Below, piece by piece: positions 19,818-27,660 of a stretch of DNA of 64,000 nucleotides. Both the position numbers and the translations under genes were made by a program. The stretch is from an uncultured bacterium (GTDB lineage: Bacteria; Patescibacteriota; Minisyncoccia; Phycocordibacterales; Zambryskibacteraceae). The notes under the pieces are model-generated. The model worked only from the letters and a program-made list of their open reading frames with translations, was not told the origin of the DNA and did no database searches. Location: contig CAWBLF010000003.1 of assembly GCA_963789635.1 (NCBI GenBank), positions 67,388 to 131,387 of the forward strand, in the 5' to 3' direction. Every line of letters starts with the position of its first letter. Position 1 is the first letter of the stretch.

Positions 19818-21232
19818 AGAGAAGATTTTTTAAAGTTTATTCCCAGCTCAACTTTTTGCTTTTCAGATATTTCAGCTGGCGCATTCATCATTAAATCTTT
19901 TCCATCACCCGTTTTTGCAAAAGCAATGATCTCCCTAATATTTGGCTCCTGTTCAAGGATCATCATAAGTCTGTCGAATCCCCACGCAATGCCACCATGC
20001 GGTGGAGCGCCAAGCTCCAACGCTTTCAACATATGACCAAAATTGTTTTCTATTCTTTCATTGTTATACCCCATAATCTCGAAAGTAGTTCGTAGTGCAG
20101 AAGGTTTGTGATTCCTTATACTTCCGCCGCCGATTTCGAGCCCATTCAAAGTAATATCGTATTGTGTGGTAACAATTTCTCCAATACTTTCTTTCCGCAT
20201 AAATTTCTCAAAATCATTGTCTCTTGGTTTTGAAAAAGGATTATGGGTGAATGTCCACTCGCCAGTGCCATCAACATTATCCTCTCCTGTCTTTTCAAAC
20301 ATAGGGAAATCTACAATCCAAAGAAATGCAAGAAGATTTGTGTCTGTTTTATCCTCTCTTATGTCAGGTTTATCATTCCCATATTTTTTCATTGCTTCTT
20401 TGTAGGACATTCTCGGAAACGGTATTTGTTGTATCTTTTTTTCCGGATAGTTTATTTTTACGATATCAATTAATAGTTTTTCATTTAATTGCATAATGTC
20501 ATCTTCAGTAACAAAGGACATTTCCATATCAAGCTGAGTAAACTCGGGCTGTCTATCCCCGCGAGTATCCTCATCTCTCATACAACGCGCAAACTGAAAA
20601 TATTTTTCAAAACCGCCAACCATCAAAAGTTGCTTATATTGTTGCGGAGATTGAGGAAGTGAATAAAAACTTCCTTTGTAAATTCTGCTTGGCACAACAT
20701 ATGAGCGAGATCCTTCAGGTGTTGGCGCAGACAAAAGAGGCGTTTCTATTTCTAAAAAGTCATCTTTTCCAAGATAATTTCGAATGAAATTTTGAATCTT
20801 AAATCTATTTGCAATATTTTTGTGCATTCTGTCGTTTCGTAAATCCAAATATCTATATTTGAGACGAATAGATTCATTCACCTCCCTAGTATCACCACTA
20901 ATCGGGAACGGCAAAGTTGCCGATTCATTTAAAACATTGATATGCAAAATCTCAAGTTCTATATCTCCATTTAGTATTCCTAATTTTTTATTTTTCTCGG
21001 GTCTTTCGTTTACCTTTCCAGTAACTTCAACTACAAATTCTTCTCGTAGAGTTTTACCGACTTCCATTGCATTACTGTTTGGTAATATCACACCTTGTAC
21101 AATGCCTGATGTATCACGAAAATCCAGAAAGATCATTTTCCCTTGATCACGGCGAACATTAACCCAACCATAAACAATGACGGTTTCCTGTTTTTTTCCT
21201 GACAATTCATTTATGTAAGTTCTTTTTTGCAT
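19814..21232 (-). CDS. aspS: Aspartate--tRNA ligase, bacterial type lacking the GAD insert
   Basis: GWVNVRRDQG..FLDFRD, RLKYRYLDLR, TPEGSR, LPQSPQQYKQLLM, RDED.R.DRQPEFTQLD.E, GGGSIR, PPHGGIAWGFDRL. Confidence 0.93.
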   Translation of the reverse strand: MQKRTYINELSGKKQETVIVYGWVNVRRDQGKMIFLDFRDTSGIVQGVILPNSNAMEVGKTLREEFVVEVTGKVNERPEKNKKLGILNGDIELEILHINVLNESATLPFPISGDTREVNESIRLKYRYLDLRNDRMHKNIANRFKIQNFIRNYLGKDDFLEIETPLLSAPTPEGSRSYVVPSRIYKGSFYSLPQSPQQYKQLLMVGGFEKYFQFARCMRDEDTRGDRQPEFTQLDMEMSFVTEDDIMQLNEKLLIDIVKINYPEKKIQQIPFPRMSYKEAMKKYGNDKPDIREDKTDTNLLAFLWIVDFPMFEKTGEDNVDGTGEWTFTHNPFSKPRDNDFEKFMRKESIGEIVTTQYDITLNGLEIGGGSIRNHKPSALRTTFEIMGYNNERIENNFGHMLKALELGAPPHGGIAWGFDRLMMILEQEPNIREIIAFAKTGDGKDLMMNAPAEISEKQKVELGINFKKSSL

Positions 21233-21237
21233 ATACT

Positions 21238-21447
21238 TTATTTCATTAAAACATCAAGCGAAACGCCAAGCGCGTCTGCAATTTTTTTGACTGTATCAAT
21301 AGTAGGGTTGGGCGTTGAGCCAGCTTCTATTTTAGCAATTGTATGAAAAGCCAAATTTGCCTTTTTTGATAAGACATCTTGAGAAATGCCGAGCTTGTTT
21401 CGGTATTTCTTTATGTTGTCCCCAATTGTGGATTTATCGTTTGACAT
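21238..21447 (-). CDS. XRE-family HTH transcriptional regulator
   Basis: IGDNIKKYRNKLGISQDVLS...IAKIEAG..PNPTIDTVKKIADALGVS. Confidence 0.9.
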   Translation of the reverse strand: MSNDKSTIGDNIKKYRNKLGISQDVLSKKANLAFHTIAKIEAGSTPNPTIDTVKKIADALGVSLDVLMK

Positions 21448-21464
21448 ATTCGTATAGTTTTACT

Positions 21465-21499
21465 ATTATAGTTAGTATGTATATAAAGTCCTAACTATA
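21465..21499 (-). promoter_or_regulatory. Promoter and putative XRE operator of the cargo operon
   Basis: TATAAT on the minus strand at 21465-21470; inverted repeat TATAGTTAG (21467-21475) / CTAACTATA (21491-21499). Confidence 0.5.
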
Positions 21500-21546
21500 T
21501 ACGAGTTAGTATATGAAATTTTCACCATTTAGTCAAACGAAATTGT

Positions 21547-21940
21547 CCGCCCGAAATCGCCAAAAGAAAACAGCGGAGCAAATGGAAAATTCCTCCCCAA
21601 ACCCCTCCTCTTCCATTTGCGACATCCGAATTCAAAAACAAATGAGCCGAAGTTTTGGCGAAATCCTTTCCCCAAAAAATAGTTTTGCCAAAACTTCGTC
21701 CGCATTAGTCCCGCCACCTGCCCGAATACTTGGAGGGCAGAGCACCAAAGAAAAATGTCCTTTCCTTTTTAGAAGAAATTGGTCGCGCGCAAATCTGAAA
21801 AGCAAGGAACATTTTTCTTTGGTGTTCGCCGAGGCTCTGCGAGGCGGTGGCGGGGCTGATTCATTCGTTCAGTTTCCGCTCGAAAAAGGTTCGCGCAAAG
21901 TGTATGATTACAGCACAAGAAAACCCCTTTTAGGGGTTTT
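21547..21940. repeat. Right 394-bp inverted-repeat arm
   Basis: Reverse complement of 16669-17062. Confidence 0.93.
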
Positions 21941-21942
21941 CT

Positions 21943-22078
21943 TGTGCCGGAGAGAGGACTCGGTCACACATAAAATTCTGCTGAATTTTTGCGCGACCCC
22001 GCCTCGCACCATCGTGCTCCGGCCTTCTCGTCCTCTCACCAAAATATAAAAACCAGCAGTAAGCTGGTATTTATATTT
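21943..22078. mobile_element. Miniature element at tRNA-Leu(CAA) 3' end
   Basis: Target copy GTGCCGGAGAGAGGACTC, core 21962-22022 (56/61 identical to 25021-25081), inverted target copy GTCCTCTCACCAAAATATAAA, hairpin ACCAGC-AGTAA-GCTGGT. Confidence 0.7.
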
Positions 22079-22162
22079 TGGTGCCGGAGAGAGGACTCGA
22101 ACCTCCACCCCTTGCGAGACACGATTTTGAGTCGTGCGCGTCTGCCATTCCGCCACTCCGGC
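22079..22162 (-). tRNA. tRNA-Leu(CAA)
   Basis: Reverse complement GCCGGAG...CACGA-CT-CAA-AA-TCGTG, variable arm, GGTTCGAGTCC, encoded CCA. Confidence 0.96.
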
Positions 22163-22298
22163 ATTACTACTACTGACAACATACAACTTACAACAAATAA
22201 AATGATGAAACAAGAAGATAATCTTGTGGTGTTACCCAATTTAAATTTTGGCTAAAATTTGTTTGGGATGATTGCTTATTGTATGTTAAAATCAACGT

Positions 22299-23297
22299 AT
22301 GAGCCAATTCTATAAAGATTCTATTTTTTGGATTGAACTGGATAAAATAGAACCCAATCCATTTCAACCTCGTCGGGAATTCAGCGAGCCTGAACTGCAA
22401 AGTTTGGCGGATTCTATCCGTCAATATGGTGTGCTTCAGGCTTTGGTTGTGACCCGCAAGGAATTTCAAAAAGAAGACGGAGGAATCGGAGTGAAATATG
22501 AACTTATCGCAGGTGAACGCAGACTTCGAGCCTCGCGGGTGGCGGGACTGACACAGGTGCCGGTGCTTATTAAGACCGGTGACGACACAGACTTGATGAA
22601 GCTTGAACTTTCCATCATTGAAAATATTCAGCGTGAGGATCTGAATCCAGTGGACAGGGCGAGAGCGTTTGACAGACTTGCCAACGAATTCGGTTTTAAA
22701 CATCACATCATTGCTCAAAAAATCGGTAAAAGCAGGGAATATGTATCAAACAGCCTTCGTCTTTTGATGTTGCCGGATTTTATCTTGCAGGCCTTGAGTC
22801 AGGGTAAAATTTCCGAAGGTCATACACGACCATTGATGATGCTCCAAGACAGGACAGATGAACAAACAGTGTTGTTTAAAGAAATAATGTTTAAAAAATT
22901 GACGGTCCGTGAAGCGGAGGGGATAGCCCGTCGCATCGCCGTAGACAAAGTCCGCAAAAAAGAAAATATTATTGATCCCGAACTTATTGATTTGGAAGAA
23001 AAGTTGCGGGAAGCGCTTGGGACTCGGGTACAGATAGAAAGACGCGAGCAGGGCGGAAAAATTATGATTGATTTTTTTAACAATGACGATTTGAAAGGTC
23101 TTTTGGATATTTTTCAGACAAATGTTGTTAAAGACCCGAACGAAGCTTTGAAAAAATTTGAAACTGAACATGGGCAAGCAACAGGAAATATAGCGCAATC
23201 GGGAGAAAGTATCACAGATGAAATGCCGATTGATGATCGTTCTCAAGCGGAAAAGAATGATGATCAAATGTACTCGGTCAGCAATTTTTCGATTTAA
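22299..23297 (+). CDS. parB: ParB/Spo0J partition protein
   Basis: PNPFQPRREF, LIAGERRLRA, IENIQREDLNP, HTH GKSREYVSN.LRLL. Confidence 0.95.
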   Translation: MSQFYKDSIFWIELDKIEPNPFQPRREFSEPELQSLADSIRQYGVLQALVVTRKEFQKEDGGIGVKYELIAGERRLRASRVAGLTQVPVLIKTGDDTDLMKLELSIIENIQREDLNPVDRARAFDRLANEFGFKHHIIAQKIGKSREYVSNSLRLLMLPDFILQALSQGKISEGHTRPLMMLQDRTDEQTVLFKEIMFKKLTVREAEGIARRIAVDKVRKKENIIDPELIDLEEKLREALGTRVQIERREQGGKIMIDFFNNDDLKGLLDIFQTNVVKDPNEALKKFETEHGQATGNIAQSGESITDEMPIDDRSQAEKNDDQMYSVSNFSI

Positions 23298-23300
23298 GTT

Positions 23301-24830
23301 TTACCACTTTCTGCTTTTTTGCACGGCAATCCGAATATGACGTTTGGCTCCCGTGGTTTTGGCATATTCCAACCATTTTGCGGTCGGTTTGTTGTTTGGT
23401 CTTGTCACAATTTCCACCACATCTCCGCCAAGAAGCACCGTATCAAGGGATACCAACTTGCCGTTGACCTTTGCACCGGACATATGATTGCCAATGTCCG
23501 AGTGAATGGAGTAAGCGAAATCTACCGGGGTGGAATCTTTCGGTAAATCCACCACATCGCCTTCCGGAGTGAAGACAAATATTCTGTATTGAAAAAAATC
23601 GCTTCGCAAATCTTCTTTCAATTTTTCATTATCCGTGACATTTCCTTGATGTTTTACAAGATCCTTTATCCAATGCGGGATATCTTCAAATTTTGAAGAA
23701 AAAATAGGCACTGATTTCCAGTCGATTACTTCTTTGAAATTTTGTTTTGGAAGAAGTTGTCTTAACCATGAGAAATTTTCACCTTTGGCTCCCTTTTTGT
23801 TTCCTTCTTTGTATGAAATGTGGGAGGCAATGCCGTATTCCGAGTGAAGATACATTTCCTCCGTTTTTATTTGAACTTCCACTACATTGCCGTCCCCGGT
23901 AAAAACGGTGGTATGTAGCGCCTGATAGCCGTTTGGTTTTGGAAAAGCGATGTAGTCCTTGATGCGTCCGGGAAGTGGACGGTATGTGCCGTGTATAACA
24001 CCGAGAGCCTGATAACAATCTGCAATAGTTGGCACAATGACGCGTAGTGCAAGAATGTCGGTCACTTCTTCCAAGTGTCTTTTCTTTCCTTGCAATTTTT
24101 TATACAGACTAAACAATCCTTTGACCCTATACTCGGTACGAATGTATGTAACATTCTCTTTTGCCAAAGTTTTCTTGAGAGATTTTAAAAATTTTTCCAA
24201 ACTTTGCAAATTTTCTTCATGTTGGATTTTTACTTCCTTTTGAAGTTTTTCATACTCCTTCGGGTAGACGTAGGGGAAGGACAAGTCTTCAAGTTCGCGT
24301 GACAACTTTCTAATACCCAATCTGTATGCAATTGGGGCATAGATTTCCAAAGTTTCACTGGCTATGCGTTTACGTTTTTCTGCCGGAACATGAATAAGGG
24401 TGCGCATATTGTGGAGGCGGTCGGCGAGTTTGATCATCAGAACTCTGATGTCCTGGGCCATTGCCACAAATAGTTTGCGCATACTTTCGTTGTGACGGTC
24501 GGCCCCGTGATATTGGAGTTTGCCGAGTTTGGTAACCCCCTCAACCAAAAAAAGAATCTCGGAGTTGAATTCTTTCTCAATAACTTTCGGCGCAGTACCA
24601 ATGTCTTCTATAGTGTCGTGCAGTAGTCCGGCGGCAACAGTGGAAGCTCCCATGCCGTATTCGGCAAGAATTTTTGCAGTTTCGGACAAATGTGAAAAAT
24701 ATGGTTCACCGGATAGGCGAAGGTGATCTCTATGTGCTTCTTCTGCGAATGTATAGGCATGACGAACCACTTCCTTATCTTCTTCGGAGGAATTGTCCAT
24801 TGATGCGAGTATTTCCTCGATGGCGGCCAT
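23301..24830 (-). CDS. rel: RelA/SpoT homolog (HD + synthetase + TGS; no ACT domain)
   Basis: H...RLSGEPYF.H, LLHDTIED, IKLADRLHNMRT, KDYIAFPKPNGYQALHT, FVFTP.G..TPVDFAY.IHS. Confidence 0.93.
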   Translation of the reverse strand: MAAIEEILASMDNSSEEDKEVVRHAYTFAEEAHRDHLRLSGEPYFSHLSETAKILAEYGMGASTVAAGLLHDTIEDIGTAPKVIEKEFNSEILFLVEGVTKLGKLQYHGADRHNESMRKLFVAMAQDIRVLMIKLADRLHNMRTLIHVPAEKRKRIASETLEIYAPIAYRLGIRKLSRELEDLSFPYVYPKEYEKLQKEVKIQHEENLQSLEKFLKSLKKTLAKENVTYIRTEYRVKGLFSLYKKLQGKKRHLEEVTDILALRVIVPTIADCYQALGVIHGTYRPLPGRIKDYIAFPKPNGYQALHTTVFTGDGNVVEVQIKTEEMYLHSEYGIASHISYKEGNKKGAKGENFSWLRQLLPKQNFKEVIDWKSVPIFSSKFEDIPHWIKDLVKHQGNVTDNEKLKEDLRSDFFQYRIFVFTPEGDVVDLPKDSTPVDFAYSIHSDIGNHMSGAKVNGKLVSLDTVLLGGDVVEIVTRPNNKPTAKWLEYAKTTGAKRHIRIAVQKSRKW

Positions 24831-24944
24831 GTGCCCATTATATTGGTAAGGAGAAAAAATAAAAGCACCGAGTCAAAACATCCTATGTCCCAACGCATTG
24901 GGACATCGGATGTCTGATTCGCCATTCCTTACGGGACTGCGAGA

Positions 24945-25019
24945 TTACTTCGGTTTATTTAATTTATCCGGTCGATGATTTGGGCACTTGTTATTACTGC
25001 AACGAACAGGGATTGTTTT
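24945..25019 (-). repeat. Displaced alternative topA 3' end (copy 3)
   Basis: Translates KTIPVRCSNNKCPNHRPDKLNKPK*. Confidence 0.85.
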
Positions 25020-25020
25020 T

Positions 25021-25329
25021 GGTCACACATAAAATTCTGATGAATTTTTGCGCGACCCAGCCTCGCGCCGTCGCGCTCCGGTTCACCAAGACCCGCGCGC
25101 AGGCAGCCCCGTTGCCTGCTTCTATTCGGACTTGTCAATTTTGTGTGGATTATGATTTTTGCAAGATTTATTTGAACAGCGCACGGGGATTGTTTTTAGT
25201 CACAAATATTTTGCTCACCGCCATTCGCAAAATTTTGCGACCCCGACTCGGCATTTTTTCTGCTGAAAAAATATGCCTCCGTCTCACAAAAACAAGTGAG
25301 TACGCAGTCTATACTGCGTACTTTCAAAA
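25021..25329. mobile_element. Two tandem miniature elements at the topA 3' end
   Basis: GTCACA...GCGACCC cores at 25021 and 25199, each adjacent to a topA-end copy. Confidence 0.7.
25122..25196 (-). repeat. Displaced alternative topA 3' end (copy 2)
   Basis: Translates KTIPVRCSNKSCKNHNPHKIDKSE*. Confidence 0.85.
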
Positions 25330-27546
25330 CTACTTCATTAACTTATGCGGATTGTGATTTGGGCAAGCTTTATTACTGCAACGAACAGGGATTGTTTTTG
25401 TGCCTTCCATCATCAAGGAACCGCAAAGTTTGCAGATTTCTCCGGTCGGTTTGGCTTTGATAGCGTATCGGCATTTGGGATAGTTGGTGCAAGAATAAAA
25501 AATGCCAAAACGGCCGCGGCGTTCAATCATCTCCCCGTCACCGCATACCGAACATTTGATGCCGGTGAGAAGTTTTTTTCTGGTCTCTGGATCATCTTTA
25601 ATAAATTTACACTTTGGGTATCGGGCACAAGAAATAAACCGGCCAAATTTTCCGTCCCTCTCCACCAGATTGGCCTTGCCACATTTGGGGCAGAGTTCAC
25701 CTGTGTCTTTGGGTCCCTCCATAGCCACACCATCTATGGTGCGAGCGCCATGGCAGTCCGGAAACTTATCACAAGAAAGGAATCTGCCATTTTTGCCAAG
25801 TTTTACTATCATTCCGGAACCGCAGACAGGGCACTTCCATTTTGCGTCCGCGGAACCCATATTGGTAATCTTGGCAATTTTATCTTTGGATTTAACGTCT
25901 TTAAGAAAAGGCCCATAAAACTCTTTTAGTGTTTTGACGTAGTCGCGTTTGCCGAGAGCGATTTCATCCAATTCATTTTCCATTTCAGCGGTGAAAGTAT
26001 CGCTGATGTAATTCATAAAATTGTTTTCAAGAAAGGTGCTGACCACGTCTCCGGTGTCGGTGGGGACGAGCGCGCGATCTATTTTCATAACGTAGCCACG
26101 ATCGATAATGGTTTTGATGATGGAGGCGTACGTCGACGGTCTACCGATACCGCGTTTTTCGAGTTCTTTGACAAGACCGGCTTCTGAATAGTGCGCTGGA
26201 GGAGTAGTTTCTTTTTCTTCAGTTCGAAAATCTTTGAGTTTTAAATTTTCACCTTTTGCAATTTTTGGAAGCTCCACATCTTCTTGTCGAGCGCGGGGGT
26301 CTGCGACAAGCCAACCATCAAAGAGTATATGAGAGCCAGTTACAGAAAAATTTGGGATTATATTCGCGCTACTGCGCTCAGTATCTTCGTCGCTCCCGCT
26401 CCTCGACACATTGGCAATTATCTTGGTGCGCAAGGTATTGGCGGAAGCCATTTGAGATGCCACTGTTCGCGCCCAAATCAAGTTGTATAACTTTTTTTGT
26501 TCTTCATTGAAACCGGCGTTTTCTTTTCTCAAATCGGATGGTCGGATGGCTTCATGGGCCTCTTGGGCGTTTTTGCTTTTTCGCGAATATACTCGCGCTT
26601 CATAATATTTTTCACCAAATTTTGATTTTACAATGTTTTCAATTTGTTGTTTTGCCACGACAGACAAGTTTGTACTATCGGTACGCATATAGGTAATTAA
26701 CCCCGCCTCGTAAAGTTTTTGAGCGGTGCCCATAGTGCGTGAAGGTGAAAAACCAAGTCTAGAGCTGGCGGCTTGTTGCAGAGTGGAAGTAATGAAAGGC
26801 GGTCGAGGCTGGCGTTTGACTTCGGTCTCTTTGATATCTATTACCGACCAATCTTCTTTCTTTGCACTGTCGACGATTTTTTCTACTGTTTCATAGTTGC
26901 GAGGTTCTTCTTCACAGGTCAGTGTTATTGGTGTTTTATCTGAAGTAAGAAAATCTGCAGTCAATGTCCAAAATTTTTCCGGCACGAAGGCTCTGATTTC
27001 ACGCTCACGCTCCATCAATATGCGAAGAGCGGGGGATTGGACACGTCCCGCAGAAAGGCCATAACGCACCTTTTTCCAAATCAAACCGGATAGGTCATAA
27101 CCCACAAGGCGGTCTAGGACTCTGCGTGCTTCTTGGGCAATTTTTAGGTTATTGTCGATTCCACGGGGATGTTTTATGGCTTCCGATACTGCGTCTTTGG
27201 TAATTTCATAAAAAACAACACGTTTGGGTTTCTTCAGTCCTACGGCCTCAGAAATGTGCCAAGCGATAGCTTCACCCTCACGGTCCGGGTCGGTGGCTAG
27301 GAGGACTTCTTCGCTATTTGCGGCAAGGTGGCGAATTTCGTTTACCACTTTTTCTTTACCTTTTGAGATTTCGTAATGAGGAACAAATCCGGCTTCGATA
27401 TCAATAGCTTTTTTGTTTGATTTTGGGAGATCACGGACATGACCAACAGAAGCGACTACATCGTATTCGCCATCAAGATATTTTGAAATTGTTTTCGCTT
27501 TTGCTGGTGACTCCACAATCAAAAGCTTTTTACCTTTTGTTGCCAT
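25330..27546 (-). CDS. topA: DNA topoisomerase I
   Basis: LIVESPAKAKTI, ATDPDREGE, SAGRVQS, ITYMRTDS, AQEAHEAIRP, GIGRPSTY, C-terminal Zn ribbons. Confidence 0.97.
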   Translation of the reverse strand: MATKGKKLLIVESPAKAKTISKYLDGEYDVVASVGHVRDLPKSNKKAIDIEAGFVPHYEISKGKEKVVNEIRHLAANSEEVLLATDPDREGEAIAWHISEAVGLKKPKRVVFYEITKDAVSEAIKHPRGIDNNLKIAQEARRVLDRLVGYDLSGLIWKKVRYGLSAGRVQSPALRILMEREREIRAFVPEKFWTLTADFLTSDKTPITLTCEEEPRNYETVEKIVDSAKKEDWSVIDIKETEVKRQPRPPFITSTLQQAASSRLGFSPSRTMGTAQKLYEAGLITYMRTDSTNLSVVAKQQIENIVKSKFGEKYYEARVYSRKSKNAQEAHEAIRPSDLRKENAGFNEEQKKLYNLIWARTVASQMASANTLRTKIIANVSRSGSDEDTERSSANIIPNFSVTGSHILFDGWLVADPRARQEDVELPKIAKGENLKLKDFRTEEKETTPPAHYSEAGLVKELEKRGIGRPSTYASIIKTIIDRGYVMKIDRALVPTDTGDVVSTFLENNFMNYISDTFTAEMENELDEIALGKRDYVKTLKEFYGPFLKDVKSKDKIAKITNMGSADAKWKCPVCGSGMIVKLGKNGRFLSCDKFPDCHGARTIDGVAMEGPKDTGELCPKCGKANLVERDGKFGRFISCARYPKCKFIKDDPETRKKLLTGIKCSVCGDGEMIERRGRFGIFYSCTNYPKCRYAIKAKPTGEICKLCGSLMMEGTKTIPVRCSNKACPNHNPHKLMK

Positions 27547-27660
27547 TGGTCCTCATTAGTACTACAGATATTTATTTGTTGCAAGTTTTTTGACAATTAA
27601 AATGGAAAATAAAACTTTTTATTTCATCGTAGCTTAGTATTTTGGTAAATAAAAAAATAG

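Larger units (their letters stand above)
16525..22101. mobile_element. Genomic island at tRNA-Leu(CAA): AT-rich cargo between long inverted arms, with no recombinase gene
   Basis: Flanking tRNA-end direct repeats, 394-bp inverted arms, visibly lower GC of the cargo. Confidence 0.8.

Noticed and set aside
16525-22101. Prophage at tRNA-Leu
   Set aside because: No integrase, structural or replication genes; only 5.5 kb.
24860-24875. GACTCGGTGCTTTT (minus strand) resembling a tracrRNA 3' end
   Set aside because: Short match only; no anti-repeat, array or cas9 in the window.
24980-25357. 125-aa plus-strand ORF
   Set aside because: Antisense to the duplicated topA ends and made of repeat cores; spurious.
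24945-25400. Possible CRISPR array or DGR template/variable repeat
   Set aside because: Only three units, unit length ~180-200 bp, differences not restricted to adenines, and no cas or reverse transcriptase gene in the window.
25345-25929. Long antisense ORFs inside topA (similarly inside clpB, parB, the P-type ATPase and the ABC binding protein)
   Set aside because: They lie on the opposite strand of well-supported conserved genes and have no motifs.
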